A stretch of 64,000 bases of DNA from Calditrichia bacterium (GCA_963796965.1 CAWCNS010000007.1:512001-576000), one strand, 5' to 3'. Shown: positions 31,053 through 41,510, counted from the first letter of the stretch. Translations and numbers: made by a program. Notes: generated from the letters alone by a model not told the origin.

Positions 31053-32405
31053 ATGGACGTACTGCTTCTCTCTCGATTACAATTTACAATTACAACTGTT
31101 TTTCACTTTTTTTATGTGCCCCTTACCCTTGGATTATCGATTTTTGTTGCAATCCTGGAGACAATGTATGTCCGTACCGGGAACGAAAAATACAAACGGA
31201 TGACAAAATTCTGGGGCAAACTTTTTCTTATTAATTTTGCAATTGGTGTTGTCACAGGTATTGTTCAGGAATTTCAGTTTGGAATGAACTGGTCTGAATA
31301 TTCCAGGTTTGTAGGGGATATATTTGGGGCGCCTCTTGCCATTGAAGCACTCCTGGCATTTTTCCTCGAATCGACTTTTCTGGGTATATGGATATTTGGC
31401 TGGGAAAAACTCTCAAAAGGTTTACATGCTGCTGCAATTTGGCTGGTGGCCATCGGATCAAATCTCTCCGCTCTCTGGATTTTAGTGGCCAACTCTTTTA
31501 TGCAGCAGCCGGTTGGCTATATCATTAACAATGGACGAGCGGAAATGGTAGACTTTTTTGCCCTTTTATTGAATGGACATGTTTGGGTACAATTTCCACA
31601 TGTCTTTTTTACCGGCATTGCCACAGCTGCCTTTTTTGTCATCGGTATCAGTGCCTATCATCTCTGGAAGAAAAGCAAAAATATTGAAGATTACCAGTCA
31701 TCGTTTAAGATGGGAGTGATTTACGGTTTGATCGGAACCATCATGGTGATACTGGTGGGTCATGATCAGGCACAATATATGTTTAAAATCCAACCAATGA
31801 AAATGGCCGCAGCTGAAGCCTTGTGGGATAGCGAAGAGCCGGCTGCCATGTCCTTATTTACTATCGGGGACGAAAAGAACAGAGAAGATGTATTTGCCAT
31901 CAGGGTCCCCTACCTTCTTAGCATTCTTGCTCACAACTCAATCTCCGGAGAGGTAAAAGGGATCAATAACCTGCAGGAAGAATACGAATCGACTTATGGA
32001 GCGGGAAACTATGTACCACCCGTGGCAATCTCCTATTGGACGTTTCGAATCATGATAGGGACTGGTTTTCTGATGCTCTTAATACTGCTTTTCACATTTG
32101 TATCCGTCATAAAAAATAAATTTGAATTCAAACCACTCTTTTTAAAATCACTGATCTGGGCAATATCATTACCAATTATAGCCAGTGCGACCGGATGGAT
32201 ATTTACTGAGGTAGCGCGTCAACCTTGGATAGTCTTCGGTGTCTTACAAACAAAAGATTCGGTTTCCCCAACTGTCTCAGCCGGTGAAGTGCTCTTTTCA
32301 TTAATTGCCTTTACTGCAGTCTATAGCATTTTAACCTGGGTAGAATTTACGCTACTAAAAAAATACGCTATTGCCGGAACTGAATCTTTGGATGAGAAAG
32401 AATAG
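31053..32405 (+). CDS. cydA: Cytochrome bd ubiquinol oxidase subunit I
   Basis: SRLQF...HFFYVP, EFQFGMNWS, QPMKMAAAE, TEVARQPW. Confidence 0.97.
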   Translation: MDVLLLSRLQFTITTVFHFFYVPLTLGLSIFVAILETMYVRTGNEKYKRMTKFWGKLFLINFAIGVVTGIVQEFQFGMNWSEYSRFVGDIFGAPLAIEALLAFFLESTFLGIWIFGWEKLSKGLHAAAIWLVAIGSNLSALWILVANSFMQQPVGYIINNGRAEMVDFFALLLNGHVWVQFPHVFFTGIATAAFFVIGISAYHLWKKSKNIEDYQSSFKMGVIYGLIGTIMVILVGHDQAQYMFKIQPMKMAAAEALWDSEEPAAMSLFTIGDEKNREDVFAIRVPYLLSILAHNSISGEVKGINNLQEEYESTYGAGNYVPPVAISYWTFRIMIGTGFLMLLILLFTFVSVIKNKFEFKPLFLKSLIWAISLPIIASATGWIFTEVARQPWIVFGVLQTKDSVSPTVSAGEVLFSLIAFTAVYSILTWVEFTLLKKYAIAGTESLDEKE

Positions 32406-32416
32406 GAGGCAAAAGA

Positions 32417-33430
32417 ATGGATCTTAATATACTTTGGTTTATCTTAATCAGTGTTTTATTTATCGGATTTTTCTTCCTTGAAGGTTTTGACTATGGGGTT
32501 GGTATCCTCCTCCCCTTTATGTCAAAGGAGGATAAAAAACGACGGGTAGTCATCAATACGATTGGAACATTCTGGGATGGGAATGAGGTGTGGCTTTTGA
32601 CGGCTGGTGGAGCAATGTTTGCAGCCTTTCCACATTGGTACGCGACGATGTTCAGCGGGTTTTATCTGGCATTGGTATTGATGCTTGTGGCGTTGATACT
32701 GCGTGGCGTTGCTTTTGAGTTTCGTAGTAAAAAAGAAAGTCCACGCTGGCGTAATACATGGGACTGGTTATTGTTTACCGGCAGTTTCATACCCGCACTT
32801 CTCTGGGGAGTGGCTATTTCTAATCTGATATATGGTGTGCCAATAGATGAAAATATGAATTATATTGGAAGTTTTTTTGATCTGCTTCATCCCTATGCAC
32901 TTCTTGGCGGATTAGCAACCCTTTCACTTTTTACCCTTCACGGTGCTATTTTTATTAATCTCAAGACCACAAATGATCTCCGTGAAAAATCGAAACAATT
33001 TGCATTAAAGTTATGGCTTCCAACAGTTATATTGGTTTTTGCCTTTGTTATATATGGCTATTTTGCAACCGATATGTTCACCCGTCTGGGAATAAATCCC
33101 GGAATAGCACCACTGTTGGCAGGGGCTGCTCTATTGATAAGTGGTTGGTTTGTCAAACAAAATCGAAGCGGATGGGCTTTTATCATGACCGGATTAACAA
33201 TCGCCCTTTCCACAATTACGATTTTTGTTGGTTTATATCCCAGAGTAATGGTTTCAAGCCTCAATGAAGCCTGGAGTTTAACAATTTATTCAGCCTCGTC
33301 AACCAACTACACATTAACCGTAATGAGTATCGTCGCCCTGATTTTTATACCAATCGTTCTCGCTTATCAGGGCTGGACCTATTGGGTCTTTCGGAAGCGG
33401 ATTTCGGTTGATTCTGAACTGGAATATTGA
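32417..33430 (+). CDS. cydB: Cytochrome bd oxidase subunit II
   Basis: LEGFDYGVG, WDGNEVWL, RGVAFEFR. Confidence 0.97.
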   Translation: MDLNILWFILISVLFIGFFFLEGFDYGVGILLPFMSKEDKKRRVVINTIGTFWDGNEVWLLTAGGAMFAAFPHWYATMFSGFYLALVLMLVALILRGVAFEFRSKKESPRWRNTWDWLLFTGSFIPALLWGVAISNLIYGVPIDENMNYIGSFFDLLHPYALLGGLATLSLFTLHGAIFINLKTTNDLREKSKQFALKLWLPTVILVFAFVIYGYFATDMFTRLGINPGIAPLLAGAALLISGWFVKQNRSGWAFIMTGLTIALSTITIFVGLYPRVMVSSLNEAWSLTIYSASSTNYTLTVMSIVALIFIPIVLAYQGWTYWVFRKRISVDSELEY

Positions 33431-33558
33431 TTAAGCATAAAGGAAAATGTAAATAATCTCTCAGAACGGTATAAACAATTATTAATATTAAATTGTATTG
33501 TCTTAACCAGATGTTAACAAAATAATAATCATTATTAATTATAAATCTGATATGAGGG

Positions 33559-33640
33559 GTCATTCTCCCGAATCAAATTCGGGATTTCGGAATCTCATAA
33601 TAATCAATTGCTTAGATCCTGAAACAAGTTCAGGATGACA
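33559..33640. repeat. Family C GTCAT...ATGAC REP-like pair
   Basis: GTCATTC...GGAATCTC / AGATCCTGAAACAAGTTCAGGATGAC; relatives at 7177-7245 and 8349-8445. Confidence 0.65.
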
Positions 33641-33786
33641 TAAAGGTTAATACAATATATGTCCATATTTTAAGCTGATAATCGGCAAACACCAAGTCAG
33701 AATATGACAATTAAATTTATACCTTTTACCCTTTTCCTTTTAAGTTATAACCATCTCTGTGGTTTATTAATTTGTCAGGATAGAAA

Positions 33787-35511
33787 TTGAATCTGGATAA
33801 GAATTTACTCGCCTTACTCAAAACAACAAAAGCCCCCTTCTCTCTTACCATACTATTCGCTCTGCTTGCTGCAGTGATGATAATTTTCCAGGCAGATACT
33901 CTAAGTTATGTTTTAAATGATGTATTTATTGAAGACAAGGATATTCATCAGGTTAGTTCGTTAATTGTTTTTTTTGCCCTCTATAGTATTCTTCGCTCGG
34001 CATTCAGTTGGTTACAACATCATCAGGCAAACAAAGTTGCCGGCCGGATCAAGCAACATTTACGTGTAAAACTTGCCAGTAAAATTGTGAGACTAGGGCC
34101 TGTTTTTACGCGCTCAGAAGAAAGCGGCGAAATAAGCAACACCCTGATAGCCGGCATTGATTCACTTGATGCCTATTTTAGTCAATATCTTCCTCAGGTT
34201 TTAATCTCAGCATTAATTCCGTTGACAATCCTGCTGTTTGTATTTCCCATCGATCTCTTATCAGGTATTGTCTTCCTAGTGACGGCACCCCTGGTACCAC
34301 TTTTTATGTATCTGATCGGTAATATGGCTGATAGGTTGACAAAAAAGCAGTGGAAAAAGATGGGACGAATGAGCGCATTCTTCTTGGATGTATTTCAGGG
34401 TTTGCTGACGCTTAAAATTTTTAGCAGAAGTAAAGACTATCTTCATAAAATTATAAAAGTGAGTGAGGAATATCGCCAAAGCACAATGAAAGTGTTGCGG
34501 ATTGCTTTTCTTTCTGCCCTGGTACTTGAACTCGTAGCGGCCCTAAGCACTGCCATTATTGCCGTGGAAGTGGGATTTCGGCTTCTATACACTCAATTGG
34601 CTTTCAGGGAAGCCATTTTTATTCTCATCCTGGCGCCCGAATTTTACCAGACCTTACGACAACTGGGCACGAGGTTCCACGCTGGCATGGAGGGAACAGC
34701 TGCCGCAGAAAGAATTTTTAAATTGTTACATCTGCCAGAAACAAATGAGAGAACATTCAAAAAACGACAGGAAAACGTAAGTGGCAAATCTATCATTTTT
34801 AGAAATGTTAGCTATACCTATCCTGATACCACCCACAAGGCCCTGCAGAAGGTAAATCTTGTTATCGAACCGGATAAAAAAATAGCACTCGTAGGGCCTA
34901 AGGGTTCCGGGAAATCCACTCTGACCTATCTGTTGTTAAGATTTATGTCGCCTGATTCAGGGAATATTTTAATTTCAGATGTACCACTAAATACCGTTGA
35001 TCCGGCATTCTGGCGAGCACAGATTAGCTGGGTATCTCAAAATCCATTTCTTTTCCACCGCTCTGTCATAGAAAATATAAGAATTGCCAATCCATCAGCA
35101 ACAGATAGACAGGTAGAGCAAGCCTGTAAAAAAGCCCATATCCATAATTATATTATATCTTTACCAGATGGATATAAGACCTTACTTGGTGAACACGCCA
35201 GTCGTTTTAGCGGTGGAGAAGCACAACGCATCACCTTAGCCCGTGCATTTGTAAAGGATGCACCGATTTTGATTCTTGATGAGCCAACTGCCAATCTGGA
35301 TCCCGGAATTGAGTACAAAATAACTGAGGCTATCGAAGAATTGTCCAGAAACCGGATGGTTTTGACAATTGCCCATAAATTAAATACCGTGAAAAAATCT
35401 GATGAAATTATTGTTTTATCAGGAGGTGAGGTTGTGGAAACCGGTTCACATCAATCGTTGATGGCGGAAGAAAAGATTTATCAAACGATGGTTCAGGCGA
35501 GGGGTCTGTAA
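33787..35511 (+). CDS. cydD: Thiol/heme ABC exporter subunit CydD
   Basis: LDAYFSQYLPQ, MKVLRIAFLS, LAPEFY, nucleotide-binding domain. Confidence 0.93.
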   Translation: MNLDKNLLALLKTTKAPFSLTILFALLAAVMIIFQADTLSYVLNDVFIEDKDIHQVSSLIVFFALYSILRSAFSWLQHHQANKVAGRIKQHLRVKLASKIVRLGPVFTRSEESGEISNTLIAGIDSLDAYFSQYLPQVLISALIPLTILLFVFPIDLLSGIVFLVTAPLVPLFMYLIGNMADRLTKKQWKKMGRMSAFFLDVFQGLLTLKIFSRSKDYLHKIIKVSEEYRQSTMKVLRIAFLSALVLELVAALSTAIIAVEVGFRLLYTQLAFREAIFILILAPEFYQTLRQLGTRFHAGMEGTAAAERIFKLLHLPETNERTFKKRQENVSGKSIIFRNVSYTYPDTTHKALQKVNLVIEPDKKIALVGPKGSGKSTLTYLLLRFMSPDSGNILISDVPLNTVDPAFWRAQISWVSQNPFLFHRSVIENIRIANPSATDRQVEQACKKAHIHNYIISLPDGYKTLLGEHASRFSGGEAQRITLARAFVKDAPILILDEPTANLDPGIEYKITEAIEELSRNRMVLTIAHKLNTVKKSDEIIVLSGGEVVETGSHQSLMAEEKIYQTMVQARGL

Positions 35512-35514
35512 AAT

Positions 35515-37251
35515 ATGAAAAGTACCCTTGTGCAGTTGCTAAAAATTTCTCGGGAATTCAAATGGTGGATGATATTGGCTGCATTTCTGGGCTTTTTTAC
35601 TATTGGCAGTTCGATAGGACTTATAATGACAGCATCCTATATTATCGCAAAAGCAGCATTACACCCATCAATCGCGGAATTACAGGTGAGTATTGTCGGT
35701 GTTCGTTTTTTTGGAATTATGAGAGGTGTTTTTCGGTATTTCGAGCGTGTAATTTCTCATGAAGTTACCTTCCGGATGTTAACACGCTTTAGAGCCTGGT
35801 TTTATGAGTCTATTGAACCCCTCGTACCATTTGGCATGATGAAATTCAGATCTGCAGATTTACTTACCCGTCTGCTAACCGACGTTCAAAATCTTGAATA
35901 TATATATCTGCGTATCCTCGCTCCCCCACTTATCGCTGTTATGACCTCAATAGTCACCTTTTTTCTATACGGACTATTTTCCTGGAATGCAGCAATTATT
36001 CTGATTATCGGTCTTTCCTTTGCGGGAATTGGCATACCCTTATTATCTGCCAAAATGCGAAAAGGACTTGGGAAGCGAATTGTAATATTGAGATCAGAAT
36101 TAAATGTTTGTATGATTGATGGCATCCAGGGTTTAGCTGATCTTCTGGTATTTAACCAGGCAGATGAGCACTTCGCCTCCTTCAAGGCAAAAAGTAAAGA
36201 TTATGAAGGCCTCCAGCGTAAAATGGTGCTGATTGAATCTTTCCAGAATGCACTTAGTGTCCTGATATTAAATTTTACTATGGTTGGAACATTAATAATT
36301 CTGATACCCGGCGTATCATCCGGCGAACTTGACGGTGTTTATTTGACCGTCCTTGTTCTGGGTGTTATCGCTATCTTCGAGGCTGTTCAACCAATACCTG
36401 AAGCTATCCAGAAGATTGAAAAAAGTATGGCCTCAGCAGACCGCTTGTTTGAGACAATCGCATTAAGGGAGCAAATAAAGCAACCTCCGCTGCATTACTC
36501 CTTACCGGAAAAATTCAACATACGGCTGGAAGGTTTGTCATTCGGATATGATAAGAGTGAACGGCAGATCCTGACGGATATTAATCTAAATCTTTCACCC
36601 GGTCGAAAAGTTGCCATTGTGGGTCCCAGTGGTAGCGGAAAATCCACAATTGTAAATTTAATGTTAAATTTGTGGCCTTCTAAACAGGGTATAATAATTT
36701 ATGGTGATAAGGAGATCAGAGAATATGGCAGGGATCAAATCATGGAAAAACTTGCCGTATTACAACAGAATGTTTATTTGTTTTCAACAACAGTAAGAGA
36801 AAATTTACTATTATCCAACCCCGACTCAGATGAATCAGGACTCAACAAAATAATAGAGAAAATAGGGTTACGTGCCAAGATTGATAACTTACCCGATAAA
36901 TTAGAAACCTGGGTAGGTGAGATGGGATACCGTTTTAGTGGCGGTGAGCGACAACAGATAGCATTAGTCCGTACCTTGCTTAAAAATGCCCCGGTCATGA
37001 TATTAGACGAGCCTACAGCAAATCTGGATTCAATTACAGCAAAGGAGGTAATGCAGACAATTCACTCATTGAGTAAGGATAAAACCCTGCTCTTGATTAC
37101 GCATCGTCTTACTGGTCTGGAAAATATGGATGAAATAATCGTACTGATTGATGGGGGGATTATTGAGCGTGGTACCCACTTCGATTTAATGGCTAAAAGA
37201 GGATATTACCAACAAATGATACAACTTCAGAAGGATTGTTTTATTGATTAA
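35515..37251 (+). CDS. cydC: Thiol/heme ABC exporter subunit CydC
   Basis: VGVRFFGIMRGVFRYFERVISH, nucleotide-binding domain. Confidence 0.93.
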   Translation: MKSTLVQLLKISREFKWWMILAAFLGFFTIGSSIGLIMTASYIIAKAALHPSIAELQVSIVGVRFFGIMRGVFRYFERVISHEVTFRMLTRFRAWFYESIEPLVPFGMMKFRSADLLTRLLTDVQNLEYIYLRILAPPLIAVMTSIVTFFLYGLFSWNAAIILIIGLSFAGIGIPLLSAKMRKGLGKRIVILRSELNVCMIDGIQGLADLLVFNQADEHFASFKAKSKDYEGLQRKMVLIESFQNALSVLILNFTMVGTLIILIPGVSSGELDGVYLTVLVLGVIAIFEAVQPIPEAIQKIEKSMASADRLFETIALREQIKQPPLHYSLPEKFNIRLEGLSFGYDKSERQILTDINLNLSPGRKVAIVGPSGSGKSTIVNLMLNLWPSKQGIIIYGDKEIREYGRDQIMEKLAVLQQNVYLFSTTVRENLLLSNPDSDESGLNKIIEKIGLRAKIDNLPDKLETWVGEMGYRFSGGERQQIALVRTLLKNAPVMILDEPTANLDSITAKEVMQTIHSLSKDKTLLLITHRLTGLENMDEIIVLIDGGIIERGTHFDLMAKRGYYQQMIQLQKDCFID

Positions 37252-37337
37252 CCTGGAAAATTTATCCCCCAGCAATGACGTTAAGGATCTTATCCACGAA
37301 TTATCCAGATAAATAAATTTTCAAAACTAAAGGAGTT

Positions 37338-38709
37338 ATGATGAAAGCACGGAAAATTTATCCCGTTTATTTCTTAAGCATTTTTTTCTCTATTTCATTA
37401 TTTGCCGGTGAAGATCATTCAGACTTTTTTGAAGACACCTTAAAAACCCCTCAGGAGGTAACACGTGCCTGTCTTGACTGTCATGAAGATGCCGCTAAAG
37501 AAGTTATGTCCACTATCCATTGGACCTGGGAGACGTTACCTAAACCAGTTCCCGGACACAAAGACAGTCTCAGTCTTGGTAAAAAAAATGTTTTTAATAA
37601 TTTTTGTATTGCAGTCGAATCAAATTGGCCCCGCTGCACCAGTTGCCACGCCGGATATGGATGGAAAGATGCTTCTTACGATTTTGGAAAAGAGGAAAAT
37701 ATTGATTGCCTGGTTTGCCATGATCAGAGCGGGACGTATAAAAAGTCTCCTGCCGGCGCGGGAATGCCCGCAAAGGGAGTGGATCTGATGGATGTTGCAC
37801 GTAGCGTCAGTGCACCGACACGTGCAAATTGCGGAATCTGTCATTTTTATGGCGGGGGTGGCGAAAATGTGAAACACGGTGATCTTGACCAGGGATTGGT
37901 GAATCCGTCTGTTGATTACGATGTTCATATGGGGAGTGGAATGACCTGTCAGGACTGCCACACAACAGAACAACATAATATTAAAGGCCAGTCTATGGCA
38001 ATTCTGACCGATGAAGTAAACCGTGTAGAATGCACCGATTGCCATGAGCCCCCGGTTCATGAGAAGAAAAGACTCAATGACCACAGTGAAAAGATTGCCT
38101 GCCAGATCTGTCATATTCCTGTATTCGCCAAAACAAAGACCCACAAAAATTTACTGGGACTGGTCCACTGCCGGTGTTGATAAAAAATCTGCGAAGGATA
38201 AATATGGGATGGATACTTATAGTAAGAAAAAAGGGACATTTGTTTGGGGCAAGGAAGTCCAGCCTGAATACTATTGGTATAACGGAAGATCGGAACGTTA
38301 TATCAAAGGAGATAAACTAAATCCTGATACCCTATTATCTCTGAACAAACCCTCAGGAGACCGTACTGAGAAAAATACAAAATTATATCCTTTTAAGGTT
38401 ATGCGTGGAAAACAGATATATGATACCGGATATAACTATTTAATCATTCCCCAGTTATGGGGCGGTTATTGGAAATATTTTGACTGGAATCAGGCTGCCA
38501 TAGATGGGATGGAGGCAGCAGGCCTGGAATATAGTGGTAATTATGGCTGGATTGAAACAGAGATGTACTGGAAATTAAACCATATGGTCAGCCCCAAAGA
38601 AAAAGCGTTAAAGTGCAAAGATTGTCATGGAAAAGGTAATGACAATCGAATTGATTGGATAAAACTCGGTTATAAAGGTGATCAGCAACTTAAAAAATAT
38701 CGGGATTAA
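37338..38709 (+). CDS. Octaheme tetrathionate reductase (OTR)-family cytochrome c (frameshift near 38135)
   Basis: Eight CxxCH motifs across the two frames; NNFC...CTSCHAGYGW, GGGENVKHGDLD, LNHMVSPK. Confidence 0.85.
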
Positions 38710-38751
38710 TATAAGAGTGTGTGTACTATTTTATTAAAATATTACTCATTC

Positions 38752-38851
38752 AATAAAAAAATTCTTTAAAACTGACTATCCCCGATGCCTATCGTGGTAT
38801 TTCGCTAGTTTTATTTCGACACAAATGTCGAAAAACGGAATTTCATTTATT
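38752..38851 (+). repeat. ~100-bp structured dispersed repeat, copy 2
   Basis: Near-copy of 23334-23436. Confidence 0.8.
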
Positions 38852-38908
38852 TAGCATATTTGCACAGCCCGCCAAGAGAATTTTAAATAACTCGACTTAA
38901 TAATCAAT

Positions 38909-38963
38909 TTGCATAATGAACTTATGTTCATTATATTAAAACAACTATTTGAACATATGTTCA
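38909..38963 (+). promoter_or_regulatory. Sigma70 promoter with two TGAAC(A/T)TATGTTCA operators
   Basis: TTGCAT-17bp-TATATT; palindromes at 38913-38934 and 38950-38963. Confidence 0.7.
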
Positions 38964-38978
38964 TATTGAGGAGAATAT

Positions 38979-39662
38979 ATGCGGGAACCATATCGCAAAA
39001 GACGCATTCATCAACCCCCTGGTTTTAAAAACTTTAAGCCAAGTGGAATTCCCCGGAATAGGTTAAAAACAGTGACGCTTACCATAGATGAACACGAAGC
39101 CATCCGTCTCGCTGATTATGAGGGCATGGAACATTTGCAGGCATCTGAAAGAATGGCCATTTCACGGCCAACCTTTACAAGGTTGATTGAAAAAGCACGA
39201 AACAAATTAGCCAGGGCGATTGTAGATGGGATGGAACTTGTGGTTGAAGGTGGGAACATAGAATTTCAGAATACGCTTCGACGCTGTAGAGAATGCGGTG
39301 ATGAACAACTAAGTCCATCTGATCTTAATATTGAAGATTGCCCGGAATGCGGTTCGGATGATGTTGAAGATATGGCCAATAAATTTTTTGATCAGGAAAA
39401 CCTTCATAGAAAAAATAAGGAGAATTTAGAAAACATGAATGCCTTTAAAAAAAGCAGCACCCCCGGAGAGGGGCAGGGATTGGGCCGCGGTGGTGGCCGT
39501 GGACGTAACAAAGGAGGGGCATTTGGCACCGGTGGTTTTTGTGTCTGTGCAAAATGTGGTAAAAAAGTGCCCCATCAGCAAGGGGTAAAATGTACATCGG
39601 TAGAATGTCCCAGTTGCGGACATGCGATGGTGAGAGAAGAATTACTCAATAAGAGTAAATGA
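38979..39662 (+). CDS. DUF134 HTH protein with Zn-ribbon and Gly-rich/Cys-rich C-terminal module
   Basis: FKPSG...EAIRLADYEG...ISRPTFTR; CxxC pairs; GGFCVCAKCG...CPSCG. Confidence 0.85.
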   Translation: MREPYRKRRIHQPPGFKNFKPSGIPRNRLKTVTLTIDEHEAIRLADYEGMEHLQASERMAISRPTFTRLIEKARNKLARAIVDGMELVVEGGNIEFQNTLRRCRECGDEQLSPSDLNIEDCPECGSDDVEDMANKFFDQENLHRKNKENLENMNAFKKSSTPGEGQGLGRGGGRGRNKGGAFGTGGFCVCAKCGKKVPHQQGVKCTSVECPSCGHAMVREELLNKSK

Positions 39663-40127
39663 CGCAATTTACTGCACATCTAAAAATGAATATTAAACAG
39701 CTAGAGGGTATTGAATACCATCACAAAATTGTTAGTGATAAAATTTCTATGAAAAATGATAAAGATATGAAACCACATAGAACTCAGAGAAATACTCTGA
39801 GAACTCTTAAAGAGTATTCAATTAGAAATATTACTCAGATGATAGTTTTTAACAAGTATTCATATTGCTTAGTTTTTGCCATGCCTACGGGTAGTGAACT
39901 ATGACTTAGTTTAGTACTAATCTTATATTTGAATGCTTTAGAGTAGAAATAGTGAAAGTTATAAAATGAGAGGCCACGGAGAGGGAGAACAGATTAAACT
40001 CGTTTAAGTCAATAAATATTAAATATTTACTCTGTGCGCTCTGCCTGCCCCGTAAAGTCTGACGGAGTCAGATTAGTACGGGGTGGTTATATTTTACTTT
40101 ACCCGAAAATTAAACAGGAGAAAATGT

Positions 40128-40466
40128 ATGAAAAAAGTATTTGCCGTACCTATGGAAGGCGGAAAACTATGTGCTCATTTTGGTCATTGTGAAAAATTCG
40201 CTATCGTAGAAACAGAGGACAACAAGGTAACAAAAGAAGAATTTATTAGCCCACCGGTCCATCAACCCGGTGTCTACCCGAAGTTTCTGGCAAAACAGGG
40301 TGTCCATGTCATCATATCCGGCGGTATGGGACAGCGAGCATTAGATCTTTTTGCTCAAAATAACATCGAGGTATGCATGGGTGTAAATGCTGAGGCGCCT
40401 TCAAAACTTGTTGAGCTCTATTTAGACAGCCAGCTAAAAACGGGCGAGAATCTCTGCGATCATTAA
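40128..40466 (+). CDS. NifB/NifX-family protein
   Basis: HFGHCEKF, HQPG, GGMGQRA, NLCDH. Confidence 0.9.
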   Translation: MKKVFAVPMEGGKLCAHFGHCEKFAIVETEDNKVTKEEFISPPVHQPGVYPKFLAKQGVHVIISGGMGQRALDLFAQNNIEVCMGVNAEAPSKLVELYLDSQLKTGENLCDH

Positions 40467-40477
40467 ACAGGAATAAA

Positions 40478-41333
40478 ATGAAAATTGCCATTGCCAGTGG
40501 GAAAGGCGGGACAGGTAAAACGACACTATCGACCAACTTGGCTACTTATCTTGCCGTTAACAATGAAGTCGTTTTAGCAGATCTGGATGTGGAAGAACCG
40601 AACTCTGGATTATTTATCAAAGGCCAACCCATTCATAAAGAAGATAAATTTACAATGGTCCCTGAATGGAAAAGTGAATGTTCATTATGTGGATTATGCC
40701 AGGAAGTGTGTAATTTTCACGCTGTATTACAATTGGGCACGCAAATCATGGTTTTTCCGGAACTATGTCATCAGCTGTTATGCCTGTTCGGAGTTATGTC
40801 CCGATTCCGCCCTGCCCATGGTTCCTCAAAAGATGGGCGAGTTAAAACATTTTCAAAACAACAAATTATCTTTTGTGGAAAGCCGGCTGGATATCGGGCA
40901 GGAACAGGCAGTACCCTTAATTTCACAGACGAACAGGTATATTGAGGCCCACTTTCCCAACGGGTTTATAAAAATATATGATTCACCACCGGGAACCTCC
41001 TGCCCTGTCATTGAAGCAGTAAAGGATTCTGATTTCGTCATTCTGATAACCGAACCGACGCCCTTTGGTTTACATGATTTGAAACTGGCAGTTGATACGA
41101 TCAGAGAATTAAATAAGAAGTTCGGTGTCGTTATTAACCGGTTTGGCATCGGAAATGATGAGGTGCTTAATTATTGTCAAGAGGAAAAAATTCCTCTTCT
41201 TGCCAAAATTCCCAATGACCGCCGTATTGCTGAACTCTATTCTCGCGGGGAGTTGATTTACGATAAAATTCCGGAAGTAAAAAAGCAACTAGAGCATATT
41301 AAGAATTATCTCTTTGAATTGCAGAAGTATTAA
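40478..41333 (+). CDS. MinD/CobQ-like P-loop ATPase with ferredoxin insert (frameshift near 40770)
   Basis: ASGKGGTGKTT, DVEEPN, CSLCGLCQEVC, DSPPGTSCPV, TEPTPFGLHDL. Confidence 0.85.
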
Positions 41334-41361
41334 AAGTTATATAAAAACAAGGGAAAAAATG

Positions 41362-41446
41362 AACCACCGAAAACACCGAGTCCACCGAATAAAAAATATA
41401 ATAAATTATAATAAATTTTCGGTGTATTTCGGTGCCTTCGGTGGTT
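41362..41446. repeat. Family A inverted-pair element
   Basis: AACCACCGAAAACACCGAGTCCACCGAA / TTCGGTGTATTTCGGTGCCTTCGGTGGTT. Confidence 0.75.
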
Positions 41447-41510
41447 ACACAAAAAGCAGCATAATTAGTATTTTTTTACCACAGCGCGATGGGCAGATGG
41501 GAGGAGTTAA

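Noticed and set aside
39659..39904. Short ORFs in gaps (39659-39904, 41314-41514, 12708-12908, 13007-13189, 7116-7403, 30343-30528, 25422-25607)
   Set aside because: They run through intergenic repeats or promoter regions and show no recognisable protein motifs
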